Shown: piece after piece, positions 28,748 through 41,300 of the stretch
How positions within the stretch are numbered: position 1 is the stretch's first letter
How the letters are laid out: each line of letters begins with the position of its first letter
DNA from: the human T2T-CHM13v2.0 reference genome, Homo sapiens
DNA: 64,000 nt
Assembly: GCF_009914755.1 (NCBI RefSeq)
Contig: NC_060932.1
Reading direction: 5' to 3' (one strand)
Notes under the pieces: generated by a model
Databases searched by the model: none
What the model was told of the DNA's origin: nothing
Seen by the model: the letters and a program-made list of their open reading frames with translations, nothing else
Translations under genes and position numbers: made by a program

Positions 28748-29110
28748 TGCTATGGACCAAAGGTTTGGGTGCCCTGCAAAGACCTATGTTAAAATCCTAG
28801 CCCCGATGTGATGGTACTAGAATGTGGGGCCTCTAGAAGGTAATTGGATCATAAAAGTAGAGCCCTCATTAATGGATTTAGAGTCCTTATTATAGGTACC
28901 CAAGAGACATAGGTAACTTTCTTTCCACCATGTGAGCACACAACAAGAAGATAGCAGTCCTCATCCCTGAAGAGGGCCTTCACCAGAATTGGATCATGCT
29001 GGCACCATGATTTTGGACTTTCAGCCTCTTGGACTGGGAAAAATAATTTTCTGTTGTTTATAAGCCACACAGTCTATGACATTTTTGTTTTAGCAGGCCA
29101 GACCAGGACA
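28748..29110 (+). mobile_element. MLT1A-type solo LTR (ERVL-MaLR)
   Basis: tgctatgg...gaca termini; atgctggcaccatgattttggactttcagcctc, ttctgttgtttataagccac; degenerate TSD gcacc/gtatc. Confidence 0.9.
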
Positions 29111-29278
29111 GTATCTATAAAATTCTATTGTACTTTCTTGGTATATGCCTCTTTTCTTCCCCCAAAAAGCGATGAAGTATTTGAGGTCAAGAACCATGTT
29201 TTATTAATTTTCACATTCTTAGTATAGTACCATGTTTTTGTCACTCAATTTTTAAAAAGGAATAAATGAATAAATAAA
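29111..29278 (+). mobile_element. L2 3' end (probably continuous with ~28600-28747)
   Basis: ttgaggtcaagaaccatgttttattaattttc...gaataaatgaataaat tail. Confidence 0.6.
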
Positions 29279-29299
29279 CTATATTATACAAAGGTTAAA

Positions 29300-29560
29300 A
29301 TATATTTTTTAGCATGAAATAGTTAAAGTGTATAAAAAGTATTAATAGGGCAGGACACAAAATTGTATGTATAGCATGCCTATAACTTTGTAAAACATAT
29401 GTATTTAGAATAAAGCCTACAAGAAAATATATACAAATTGCTAAGATTTGTTCATTGGGATGTTAAAATTAGAAGTGACTCATTCTTCTTTTCTCTCTCC
29501 TTTCCTTTCCAAATGTTATGTCAAATGTTCAAATTTATTTTATAATCATATATGTATATA
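29300..29560 (+). mobile_element. L1ME 3'UTR fragment
   Basis: caggacacaaaattgtatgtatagcatg...caagaaaatatatacaaattgctaag. Confidence 0.55.
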
Positions 29561-30524
29561 TTTATTTTTGAATATATATGCACATATATATTTATGTATA
29601 TGAGATATAAATATATTTAAAAGAGATAGCTTTTATTTTAGGAGACAGATTTTTACATATGATTCTCAATGGTGTATCTCTGTTTTTGTTTGTTTCTTTC
29701 TTTCACAATCACTTGGGTATGTGATCCTAAGAGATGCTTTCTCATAAAGAAAATGTGAGAAATGGTCAAGGACTCTAGTAAAACTACACTAAGTGAATTA
29801 TACCAATTTCCAGAATCAGATTATTGATAACTCTTCTCTCTGTATTCTGTTCTACCCCCTAACCCTCCGAGGCACTACCCAAAGCTAATTGTGTGTATTT
29901 GTCTTTTTTAATTTTAACTTTCTTTCCATGAGTTTTTCCCTAAGATTTTCTTCAGAGAAGTTCCTTATTCTACAATAATGCACCCTCACAGCTCATATGT
30001 GGTTCATCTATAGAGCAAAAAGTCTGGAACATATTTGAAAGTCATGGTCAAAATGAGATCTGAAACTGTATGTTCATATTAATTGGGTATTCACTCTATC
30101 AGAAAAAAAACACAAAAGCCCATGGACAAAATTCCTTTTCTATCTATGAAGGCAGAGTGTTGACTGGGAAACTGAATAGTTCTGAATAGTGCTGCACAAT
30201 CCCCAGTCTACATGCAATTGAAAGGCCAGAGCATATAAGACATCTCTACATCTTGGGTGCCTTGCACATGGGAATCACACAATGAATCCATGTTGAGTGG
30301 TACAAGTAATCAGCACAGAGCCATAGCATAGATTTGTGTGATACAGCAGAGGGACAGCCACTAACATCAATATATGATCAGTTATTAGAAAAAGAAAATT
30401 ATTTTTCTCTGTTTTGGTATTAAGTTTCTGTGGAAAGGGAATGGAAGTTCTGGAGAAGCTAATCGGAATCTAATTTATGCTCAGGATTTTGGATTTTTAT
30501 AAGTATTTCTTATTTACATATTAG

Positions 30525-30770
30525 ATTAGTGATTAAAAGCAAAAACATTGGTGCCAAAATCCCTGAATTTGAGTCCTGGCTCTACAACTGTATACCTGTG
30601 TGACTTTAGACAAGCTACAGGATCTCTCTCTTCCTTTCTTCAGTTTCATCACGCGTAATCTGTGAGTGATATTAATAGATTCCTACTTCATAGAGTGGTT
30701 GTGAGTATTGATATATAAAAGCCTTAGCCCAGAGACCGCAACATAAATGTGATTTTTAAAAATCGTCATT
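30525..30770 (+). mobile_element. MIR, near full length
   Basis: cctgaatttgagtcctggctctac..tgtgtgactttagacaag..cagtttcatca..cctacttcatagagtggttgtgag. Confidence 0.85.
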
Positions 30771-32969
30771 AGTTAACTGTTATCCCTTTGAGGTGATTAT
30801 TACTCTCACCATTTATATCTGAGAAAATCTGAAACTAAATACATAAACTTGTCATGTATTACATAGTAAAACTAAGATCCAAGCTCAAGCCGCAGAGCTT
30901 TTGCTCATATATCACAAATGATGCTTTCAAAGAACACTCTTTCTGAAAGGAAAGGAAAAAAGCCTTGGTAACCTAACAGAATAAGCTTTTCCATACAGCT
31001 GAATTTTCTGGATAGCTGAATTTTAACCCCTATAAGTGCAGCATTCTTTTGGTTTCAACTATTTGTTAGTCATTAACATATACTTTACATAATTTATTTT
31101 GCTCTTTGTGATTCAGGCTTATTGTTATTTCTATCGATTGTTGTACACAACCATCATGGTTCATGTTATCATGCCCCGAAGAGCTAGTGAATTCTACAGA
31201 GATGTTTACTCGTTCACTCTTTAGTTCTAGTGTGCGTTCATTCAAGTTCTTGTGTCTGTACTTCTGTAGTTTTATAGTCTTTTCCTCTGTTCTGTGTGAC
31301 AGCCTTCAAGAATCTGTCAGGAGTGTGTCTGCCAATAGCAGCCACTTTCTCCTGATAACTTTTACTCTAATCGTTCTGGGGAGTTGACAGAAATATATCA
31401 ATATAGACAGACTAATTATAATAATGTACGTCATCAAAATAAGCAGAATCTGAGCAAAGGCCTGGAGGGCAAAATATGAGTAAAATCCATACGCTTTATG
31501 TGTAAATGTTATAACATCTATTTTGGTTCCCCAGAGATCACTTGTTCACTAACTCGTACTACTCTGAGTGTTAGTGTATGCATTAGTATATATTTAAGCC
31601 ATTCAACTATACAACCAACTTGACTTGCAATATTTAAATCCCAAGATTCAGATTTATATAAAATAATTATTTTAAAACAAGAGGACTATTACGAATTACA
31701 GCATTGTGCCTGAGCTGTCTGCACTGTGGTGTTCTGCAAAGTCAAGTACTAACAAGATATTGAATAAGAAGTTTTGTTATTTAGATACATTTTCAAATTT
31801 ACTTGTATTTTTTCCATCTGCAATAGGCTTATTAAGAAGCTGAAACAAATGTTTCAATCAATCACTTGTCTGAGAATAATGTCTTCAAAGGTGCTCATCC
31901 CAATACGTAAAATGTAACACACCCAATAAAATGTTATGTTTTTCTGAACAATCCAATCTAATCCTTAATTAGAGGAGAAAATGGTGAATGAATTCCTCTA
32001 AACTCTATTCCTAAATATTTTAATGCTAATCATCAACTTACTTAGTGATTGGCTAGATTCTAAAATCTATAAAGTTGTAGAGTATTTGGAGCCATAAGAT
32101 TTCCCCTCTTTTAATTTCTTTGAAAATACTTTGTGGGTTCTTATTTTTAAATATATTCCAGATAGGCAGAAGAAAAAGCAATGTGATGTCTTAGATTACT
32201 ATTAATCATAGTAATCAATATGTACTTATGTTTAACGATCTCCCTATATTTATTTTCAGCCTTGACATTTTATTTTGGAGTAATTTTCCTCAAACTGTGT
32301 TTTCATGATGTCATGATTCTGTTCTAAACATTTATGAAGCTTAAATTGTTCATATTTTCATACAAGTTTTCTCTCAATAATCATGGGTAAGCTTTTTTAT
32401 GAATCACTTTTTGCCTATATAACATTTTAACTTCCTCATTCTAATATCTTAATTTGTATGTGAAATTTTTACTATAATATTGTCAATTTGCTTACTATTC
32501 AGTTAATATTATGTATTTTTCTTTAATTCTTGCCATTGCACCTTAATTATTCCTCCACTATAATATCTTCTTTTTTTTACTCTGCTAACTTAAATTTTCC
32601 CCTCTTTTACATCTTCTAGAAGTCTTCCTGGTTTAACTGCATGTGATTTTTGTATGCTTTTTAATATGGCTACAGATTATTTATAGCATTTGTGCTGTTG
32701 AATATGTTTTCCCTCTAACTTTTCTTTTGCTTTTTTCGTTAAGTATATGCTCCATTTTTCAAAAGAGAGAAAGAAAGTCGAACCATCTTTTTTTTTATTT
32801 TATATTTGTCTCCTTACTCCAAGACACATTCTCTAAATATTACATTCTTAGTTTATGTTATTGCTCAAGTAATCATAGTGGAGCTTGGGATAAAATAAAA
32901 ATAGTAAAATTTCATTGTAAATGTTTTAAACTTTCTCATTTGACTGTTTCTTAGGTATTTGACTATAAT

Positions 32970-33135
32970 TTATGAATGTTAGAGTTGGAACATGTGTTAG
33001 AGGTCATCAAGTCTTATCTTCTTATTTCACAAATAAGTACACCTAGGCCTAGAGAAATTAAGAAACTTACCTGGGGTCAACTAGTTAATAACACTCTGAG
33101 GACTAAAATCTGATCATGTGTCTTTCAGTACACAG
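32970..33135 (-). mobile_element. MIR/MIR3 fragment
   Basis: ttagaggtcatcaagtc..atttcacaaataagtacacctaggcctagagaaattaagaaacttacc. Confidence 0.55.
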
Positions 33136-34069
33136 TACATGGCTTTGGGCTCTATAATAGGTTGCCATCCCTATATTAAAGTGTGATATCCTCCAAGTCC
33201 TTTGGTAGTACTATTTTAGAAATCCATATATCATACCTGAGACTTGAGTTAACTAAAGGACAGTGGCCCTAATTCACAGATATGCTAGAACAAAGAGATA
33301 TTATGTGGTTGACCAAGACAGCAAAACAAATCTGCAAATGACTCAAAATAGAACAAGGCTCTACTGTGTCTACTTCTCAATGTTATCCACGAAACTACTC
33401 TGCTTTTGTGAAAACAAATTCTATCTTCCCCAGAGGCTAAATAACTCCCTAATGGTAAGTTAGTTACTTAGGAGGCACATTAACTCTTCCAGGCCACTGG
33501 GATGTCATTACTTTGAAATAATTTGTTTCTAGGCCATTGGCCGCAATGATAGAACACTATTCTAAATGATACCCTAGTGGCCAAAAGAGCTAATGCACCT
33601 TCCATGACGCTAAACTTACTGTAAAGCTTAGAGATGCTCCTATCACCCCTTTTACCTCATAGAACATTTAAACATTTTTAAAGGTTTCCTGGCCCAGAAT
33701 AGCACCATATTAAATTGTCTTTGAATTTATTTTGGCTTCAGAGATTTCATCTCTGCCTTCAGGGATTCCCCCTCCATCCCTTGGTCATTGTCTTAGTATC
33801 TAATTCATCAGAGCCCCAGAGTCCTCATACTGCCTTCAGGTATGCCCTTTGATGTGCCCTCAAGACTTGTTCTCTCTTGTTAGAATTTTGCTTTCTTTGG
33901 CCCCAAAGCCCTCCTTCTTCCATGATAAAATGTATAAATATTCAGACCCAGGCTCATAGGGATTTATACTAGCCAGTTTTTATTAAGGGGCAAAATAACT
34001 CGTATTACGCCATTAATAGCTAATAGTGAATGTATGTGTTACTTCTATGGCATGCTTTAACAATAAGCA

Positions 34070-34740
34070 TTTTATTTTATTAGACTAAGGAATACATTGT
34101 CATAAGACATTGAGAAGTACAAAAAATGATACAGTGAGATATAAGTCTCCATCTCTGATCTGATCCTGAATGTCCAGTTCCCCTACCCTGGGGCAACCTC
34201 TCTTACCAATTATCTGTATTTTTCCAGGGATACTCTTCAAATATATTCACATATTGATGCAGATGTGTGTTTATATATATTTATATAGAGATAGATTTTA
34301 TATTTTTATACAAATGTTAGCTTATTAGATACATTTTTCTACACCTTCCTTTTTCACATAGAAAAATAAATTGAGGATGATTTTATTTCAATGCATACAA
34401 AACAGCAATGTTGTTTTTGACAAATGTATCATTTTCCATTGTATGGATGTACCATGACTTATATAACCAGCCCCTCCTGAAGGTCATTTAGGGTTTCTTT
34501 CCTTTAATATTTGTTATTACAAACAATGCTACCGTATTTTTTTAAAACCAGCCTTTATATGTATATGTGAGTATATTTGTATAAAAATCCTTAAAAATGG
34601 AATTGCTGAAACACAAGATATATGCATTTTAATATTGGTAGATATGATTAAATAGCCAACCATAGAGTCTATAATAACTAATATTCCCTCCACATTTTTA
34701 TACATGATTACATTTCATGTTGCTGATTCCATAGGTGAAA
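34070..34740 (-). mobile_element. L1ME3/4-type 3' end
   Basis: ttccattgtatggatgtaccatgacttatataaccagcccct..ggtcatttagg; tgttattacaaacaatgct; ggaattgctg. Confidence 0.8.
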
Positions 34741-35304
34741 ATAATTCAGAATGAGGTCAATACAGCTGATTCATGGCTCCAGGACTCACAATTATGGCTA
34801 TATAACCACTGAGCCAATGCTCTTTTTCTCCTCTTAGCCTAGTTATGGAAACAAATTTGGGCCAAGTGTTTCCATGCAACCAAGAAAATGACAACTCATT
34901 TTTAGACACCTACCTCATCAGGACTGAGAACTCAGGAGTGAAGGGAAGAGGGCATTAAGTATTGGTAAGGATAAGTGTAAAAGAATAACGAAAATGGAAA
35001 GAGAACAGGAAGAGAGAGGAAATAAAGGGAGTAGCTGAAATCCACTGAGAAACTGATCTAAGACTCTAACTGCAATAGAGAGTGGTAGGAGACACAATAT
35101 CAGTCACCCCAAGAAGGAACTCCAGTGTGACTCTACTACCAATACCGGTTCTCTTGCATCAGTCCTTTATACACTAGGGTTATTCTCACAATTACTTATT
35201 TACAGGTCTTCCTTTAGAAACGTTTGTAACAGACATTTTACGTTACATATTCATCGGAAATGAGTGAGGACCACAGCTGTTATGTTTTTTCCTTTTCATT
35301 TATA

Positions 35305-35370
35305 TTCCTTCTCTCTTTCCTTCTCCCTCCTTCCTTCCTTCCCTTTCTTCCTTCCTTCCTCCCTCCCTCC

Positions 35371-35437
<67 letters not shown>

Positions 35438-35523
35438 TTCTTTCTTTCTTTCTTTTCTCTTTCTTTCTTTCATTCTTTCTCTTTCCTTCTTTTTCTTTCC
35501 TTCTTTCTTCTTTCTTCCCTCTC
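35305..35523 (+). repeat. Polypyrimidine complex STR with (CCTT)/(CCCT) units and a pure (CTTT)17 at 35371-35438
   Basis: Read directly; about 220 nt of almost only C and T. Confidence 0.97.
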
Positions 35524-35679
35524 TGTCACTCTTTTACACTTTTGAATTTTTTCTTTGAATCAATGGGAATACTAGTAAGTGAAAAATGTCCTGAGGACTC
35601 TCCTTTCATAAAAAAAGGATAAGCCTATCTTTTGCAATAAGAAGAGAAAGAAAATACCCAACCCAACATAAAAGTCTTT

Positions 35680-36030
35680 ATAGCCTCATAAACCACAGTA
35701 CCACCCAAGATGTTAACAAGCTGGCATGTTTTGAGCATCAAAGATAGAGAGGAAACTGTGTTTACATGTTTGGCACAAAAACTAATGAGGAAAGTCAATT
35801 GGCCCTTTGTCTTGAGGGTCTGAAGCGCTGAGCTCTAATGTTTGGTTTCTTCATTGGCACTTGTTCAAGTAATCACTCGTGGCCTGACAAAGCCTCACTT
35901 GTGTTTTATTAGTGGCCATGCTGAACTCTCGCGCTTGGGCTGTGTTGTCTCTCAATAGAGTGCTGCAGCAGAGGGCATACTTATTTGAAAACACTAAATC
36001 AGAGCATGATGATCGTTGCTCAACCAGACC
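35680..36030. promoter_or_regulatory. Candidate enhancer (dense TF-motif cluster in unique DNA)
   Basis: RUNX AACCACA 35691, GLI-like tACCACCCA 35699, TCF/LEF CATCAAAG 35736, GATA AGATAG 35742, ETS-like AGGAAA 35750, FOX TGTTTAC 35759, SOX CCTTTGT 35804; function is inferred only. Confidence 0.45.
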
Positions 36031-37076
36031 AACCCAGAGAAGAACAAAAAATGTTTAGAGTACTGTTTCTTTTGTTTGGAGAGGGAGGGCACTGAGAACA
36101 GGGGGAAGGTAGACCTAGTGCCTGTGCCTGAGTAATGCAGAAATGGCAGCAACAAAACCTAGTTTATAAAAGCAATGTTTTCCCCTTCTAATCACAGATG
36201 CTACATTAACATCTGAGCCTGCCGTAATGCATCACATGGCACAAGCCAGGAGGGCCTGGACTCAGCCTGCAGTGGAAGGAAATGTCAAGGTGACCCCAGA
36301 GATCTTTTCTTTCTGGATTGCTAAGGTGTCATGAGAGAATAATCATGTTACTCTGAGAGGAAGCTGACTTTGTCTTTGCAAATATAATTTGGTAGAAAGG
36401 AAAAGTTTCCAAAGTAGGTCAAAACACAGTGTTTATAACTTTTCCCATTAGGTTGCTTTCCCCCGCTCCTTCCTGCCTTTCTCCCTCCCTCCCATCCTCT
36501 CTCTTATTAATTTTTATTTTCATTTTTTTTTGCTTCCATTTAGAAATAGGAATGGTTTGGCCCAACCTGGATTTTTTTTTAATCTGCACAACTGAACAAG
36601 TATCCAAACATTTGGCTGCTAATTTCAAAGTTCTGAACCAGAAATGAGGACTCCAAAATCTGGTTGCAAACAACATTTTTAAGTGACAGTTTTGGCAGTC
36701 TTACCTACAGATCCAGTAAAAATAAAACCTAGAACAGTTTGTTCTTAAACTATTTCTAGTACCAGTTCTGTGAAGAAAGTACTGAACTACACATAATTAA
36801 ATTTATTTTTTTAAGTGACTGAAATTTTACATGTTCAAAATGAGAATTTGGGATAGGTTAAGATATATCCTTGCCTTTGCCAAATCCTTGAAGTTCTCTC
36901 TGGCTGTGTGCCTTGCATCAGATCTTTTTATGAAGGGTGTAAGTGTACATTCCATGTATTCACTGCCACTGAATAAGTCTGAGTGATGCCTACACTGAGA
37001 AAATGAGAAAATGCTAAGTGAGACTTATTACTCAGGAAATCACATGATAAAAAAGTTAGAAGTTTAGAATATACAG

Positions 37077-37120
37077 AATTTATTTAACTAACATGCCCAA
37101 TTTATTTGACTAACATGTCC
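37077..37120 (+). repeat. 22-bp tandem duplication
   Basis: aatttatttaactaacatgccc / aatttatttgactaacatgtcc (2 mismatches). Confidence 0.9.
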
Positions 37121-38234
37121 AATATGCAGTCTTTTCTTTGCCAATTACTACTTAAATGCTTAGTTTTTAAAATAAAGAGGATGCCGGTCAGAGTAACGCT
37201 TTAGTTTTCTAATTCTGTAGCACATTTTATATAAGCCTCTCAAACTCGCATTGTTCCTGCAGAAAGGAAAGCTTTCATTTTAAATGTGGGTAAAGTAATT
37301 CCAAATTCCAATTCTTGTTGCTAATAATATTTACTTTTGTGAACTGACCACAGTAGTCCAGAAGCAAGAAAGATCTGTTGGTGGTGTAGAATAAGTAAAT
37401 GTGTGGAAGCTTTCTAGAAAGAGCAATTTTATAAAGGAAAAAGAAAAAGAGGTAAGTGGCTTTTTTCTCCCTGCTAAAGGTTCCCGGCCTACGAAACCCT
37501 CCTAAGGTGAGGAGGAATGAAGTCCGATGATACAAGTCCACAGCTCTACCTGGTCTAGGAAGGCAATATGTTCAAATAGAATTTGCTTTTTTTAACAGGT
37601 GGTCCTATTCTCGGCCTTGAGATCCAGGGAGATGGAGTGGGAAGAGATAAGCCTCATCTGCCCCCTGCCACTCAGCTCTCTCCCATCTGCCCATGCCCTC
37701 CCACCCTGCACATGCACCCAATGTTGTTTCTTCCCACAGACTCCTGCTGCAGAATGTCAGACATCTCAGCCCACATTCAGAGCTCAGATTGCTATGAATG
37801 GAGCAAGGCAATGGGGGTTAGGGGTGGGAAAGAGGAACTATGCGGTCATCAGCTATTCCTCCACAGAGGAGCTGTCCACAGTCTGGGATCAGGATGGATG
37901 TGCTTCTGCTGCAGAGAAGCCGCTTCCCTTCAACCGCACCACGTCCCTGCAAAGGGAAGACAAGACAGCTGCCTCACACAGAGCAGTGAGGCCTGCAGGG
38001 CATCCTGACCCCCGTCTCCCTTCCCACCTTCTGGGGATGATTCACTCAGAATCTATCAAAGTGAAAGTTAAAAGCTAGCCACCATTATGGTCTCTTAAGA
38101 AAAGATTTTTTTCCCCGTTGTTAAATGTATACTCTGCCCATAAACCGTCTGCAGTTTTAATTCACAGAAGACATTTTTTCAAATGATATGACCTAATATG
38201 TTTATTTGCCACCTAGAATGGTATAAATGTATCC

Positions 38235-38360
38235 ATGCATATATATATTAATACCTCCTAAATATATCATATATATTTACTGTATTTTATAAGTCATATA
38301 TATAACATATAGTCATATATAACATATATATTTATATATTGTAATATATATTTTTATATA
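38235..38360. repeat. Degenerate (TA)n low-complexity tract
   Basis: Read directly. Confidence 0.8.
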
Positions 38361-41300
38361 CCCTATTACAACCAGTTCTTTGTGTAAACATGCTGGGCTT
38401 CAGAATTAGCTTAGTCACTAAGCAAACCTTGCATATTAAATGCTTTTAAGTAATGGGTGAAGGTGCTTGCCTCACTAAATGTGGAAAACGAATCAAGGCC
38501 GAGTAAATAAAATAATAACAAAAGTATAACAATCAATGTGAATTTCACAGTGCTGATCATACCTCACAGAATAAAGACAACGATTTTGTGCTTTAGAGTT
38601 TCTCTGTTGGCATAACCACTGTATTATCAGCCTAAGGATTCCCCAGGGATGAGAAAATGTAAGACGGATATATTAGAATAGTTAGATAAGAGCAACACAT
38701 TTAAACAATGAGCCAGGTGCTAATGTATTCACCTATGCAGAAAACTGGGGAGGCAGAGTCATGGATAGGCAATGGAGGAGGTGAAGAGAGAGAATTTTGG
38801 GTAGTTTCCTTCTAGAGGTGAAACATTTCAGAAAATTGTTCAGGTTATAAAATTAAAGCTGTTTAGAACCAAGCATCGAATTTGAGTAGCACTATGAAAA
38901 TTGACCTCGAATGATAGAGAAAACATTTTTTTTATCTCTAGAACACATTTTTCACAGTGACATAATGAATTATCTTATTTAAATGATTTTTGGTATTGGA
39001 TGTTTATCATAGTCATAACAGAATGAAACCAGAAACCACTGATATATGCTATCAACAAACATCAGATTGTGAACATCAAAGAAATCCAGAAACTTAATAC
39101 AGTTTCAGTCTATTTTCTTTGAGGACCATTGCTGTCTTGCCTCTCCATCACAAGACACCAAAGGTAAACAATAACTCAACATACTAAGTGCTGTTTAAAT
39201 AGAGACTGCTGATATTGATAGCATCATTTTTTTTTTGCAAATGAGATTTGTACATTAATTTGTAAAATATTATTTCATAAGCATTCAGTGATAGCCAATG
39301 AATTACATTCAACACTTGTCAGAATACTAACCAATGCTATCTATCGTTTAGTTTCCAAAAATTGCTTAAAAATAGAACTGTCATTGCTCTAGCTATGAAG
39401 GACTAGAATAGCACAATTAAATAATTGGGCCACTTGGTCTATTGATACTGGTATTCTGTAAAAGACTATTGGCAATTTCATACTAAAAAACATTCTATGT
39501 AAAAAAATTAACAAAGACCAACTTTTCATATCAACCTTTCAGTTGTTGTAAAATAGTTGCAAAGATATGTTACCCTTCTTGTAAAAGTTAGAAATTACCA
39601 TGTGTCCCCAATAACTAAATTAGACATATTTATGAACTCTGAGCTTTCTCAAAAGAAGTTCAGAAACAATTACCAGTGTTTTTCATTAAAATTTAAAATA
39701 TATAAATAACAAATAATGACATATTTTACTTTTTAAAATAGAAAGATAATAAAAAGTATTTATCATTTCCTTTTGATGAATTCTGCCTAAAGCCATAAAT
39801 ATTATTTTATTCTGATACTCAAAGTATAGCATTAAATTTCTCTCCACTGAATCTGTTCTGTCATACTGCTTCCAACTATATTTTGAACCACCACATTTCT
39901 CAAGTTAAAATTTGTATTATTATATTTTTAGAAGATGAGGCTATTTCATAATTATACTCTTACCACTTACAGATTAATTTTTAACTTAAGGAATGTACTC
40001 TACTAGGTGTCATCATTTCTTTATATATGTTATTTTTCTCTATCAGAGCTGTTTGATTGCTAGACTGAATACAGAACATTTGCTTGGCCAATGGTTTAGT
40101 ACTTTTGCTACTTTGGTATTATAAATACAAACAAATACAATCATTCCATCCACCTAAAAAATATGAAAGCAAAAATATTTCTAAAACTACACAGAGGAAT
40201 TATCCACAACCCTGTTTATACCTTTCAGAAAGTAAAAATATGTCTTTAAAGTTATTAAGTCCCTCCCTTAATTTAAAAACTAACGTTTTAATATAGATCT
40301 TGATCTGACTCCATTCTCTCTACATGGCACAAGTTTTTGACCTTCTGAATTATTCATAAGCCTCAAATGAAGTCCTATGTTTTAAGTATGTCTTTGAAGT
40401 CTTCGACTAGATTCAATGTTTACAAGGATTCTCTCTGCATGAATTGGGTTATGTTGCTACCATAAAATGTCCTCAAACTAAAGCACAATAAAATTATATA
40501 TCAACACGTATATGATTCATCCTAGCTCTTTAGGATCAAAGAATAATTGAATTCAGCATTTTGGGAACTGGTAAATACAGTAATAATTTAATTTAATTTT
40601 TCTGGGTTGAATTTTCACAAGTATTTAATATAATGTTTCTTTGGAAACTGTTAAGGCCCTCACTAAAAATCCAAGAGGTCATTTGGTTATTTCAACTATG
40701 TAAATAGAAGATAGATTTTCCTGTCTCTAATTTTCAACATTTCTACTGAGTGGCGAGATAATGCAAATGGACCAAAGCGCCAAGCCAGGCTTCTGCAGAG
40801 AAAATCTGAGTCCTGCAAGTTCGATTAAGCTAGCTAATTTTCAGTCAAACAAGCTAATTTCCAGACAGATTCTTCTGATGTTTTCCCTCTGTTTGTAATT
40901 TGCATCATTAAATAGCTCGGTGTTTCAAAGCAGCCACAGCACTAAGGTCATGGGGCTTTGTGTTAAATAGCAACCACCTCGACTTTTTTTAAGGAAGGAA
41001 CAGAGAGCAGCTGATCCTCCTGTAGCATGATTTTCTTTTTTTCTTAGTGGGAAGAGGCTGAAGTGTCTTGTGGATCACAGAAATTTGCTTTGGTTCGGAG
41101 AACAGCTTTCCTCAGTGCCTTTGTGCTCCAGAAAGCCGCCCAGGATCACAGGTGGCCTTGATTATCAAGATTTTTTTTAATGGTGTCCCCTCCCTCTCCT
41201 AGAACAGCAGGACATCCTCCTGACATGAATATCTCATTTTAAGTGGCACAAAATCCAAAAATCTTAAAGAGATATCCAAAACCTAAATTAAAAAAGAAGC

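Noticed and set aside
26656-31024. Short duplications (13 bp at 26656-26681; 11-bp repeat at 30997 and 31014)
   Set aside because: Ordinary slippage-scale events with no further structure
35260-35622. F/L/S-rich, membrane-like ORFs
   Set aside because: Translation of the (CTTT)n repeat
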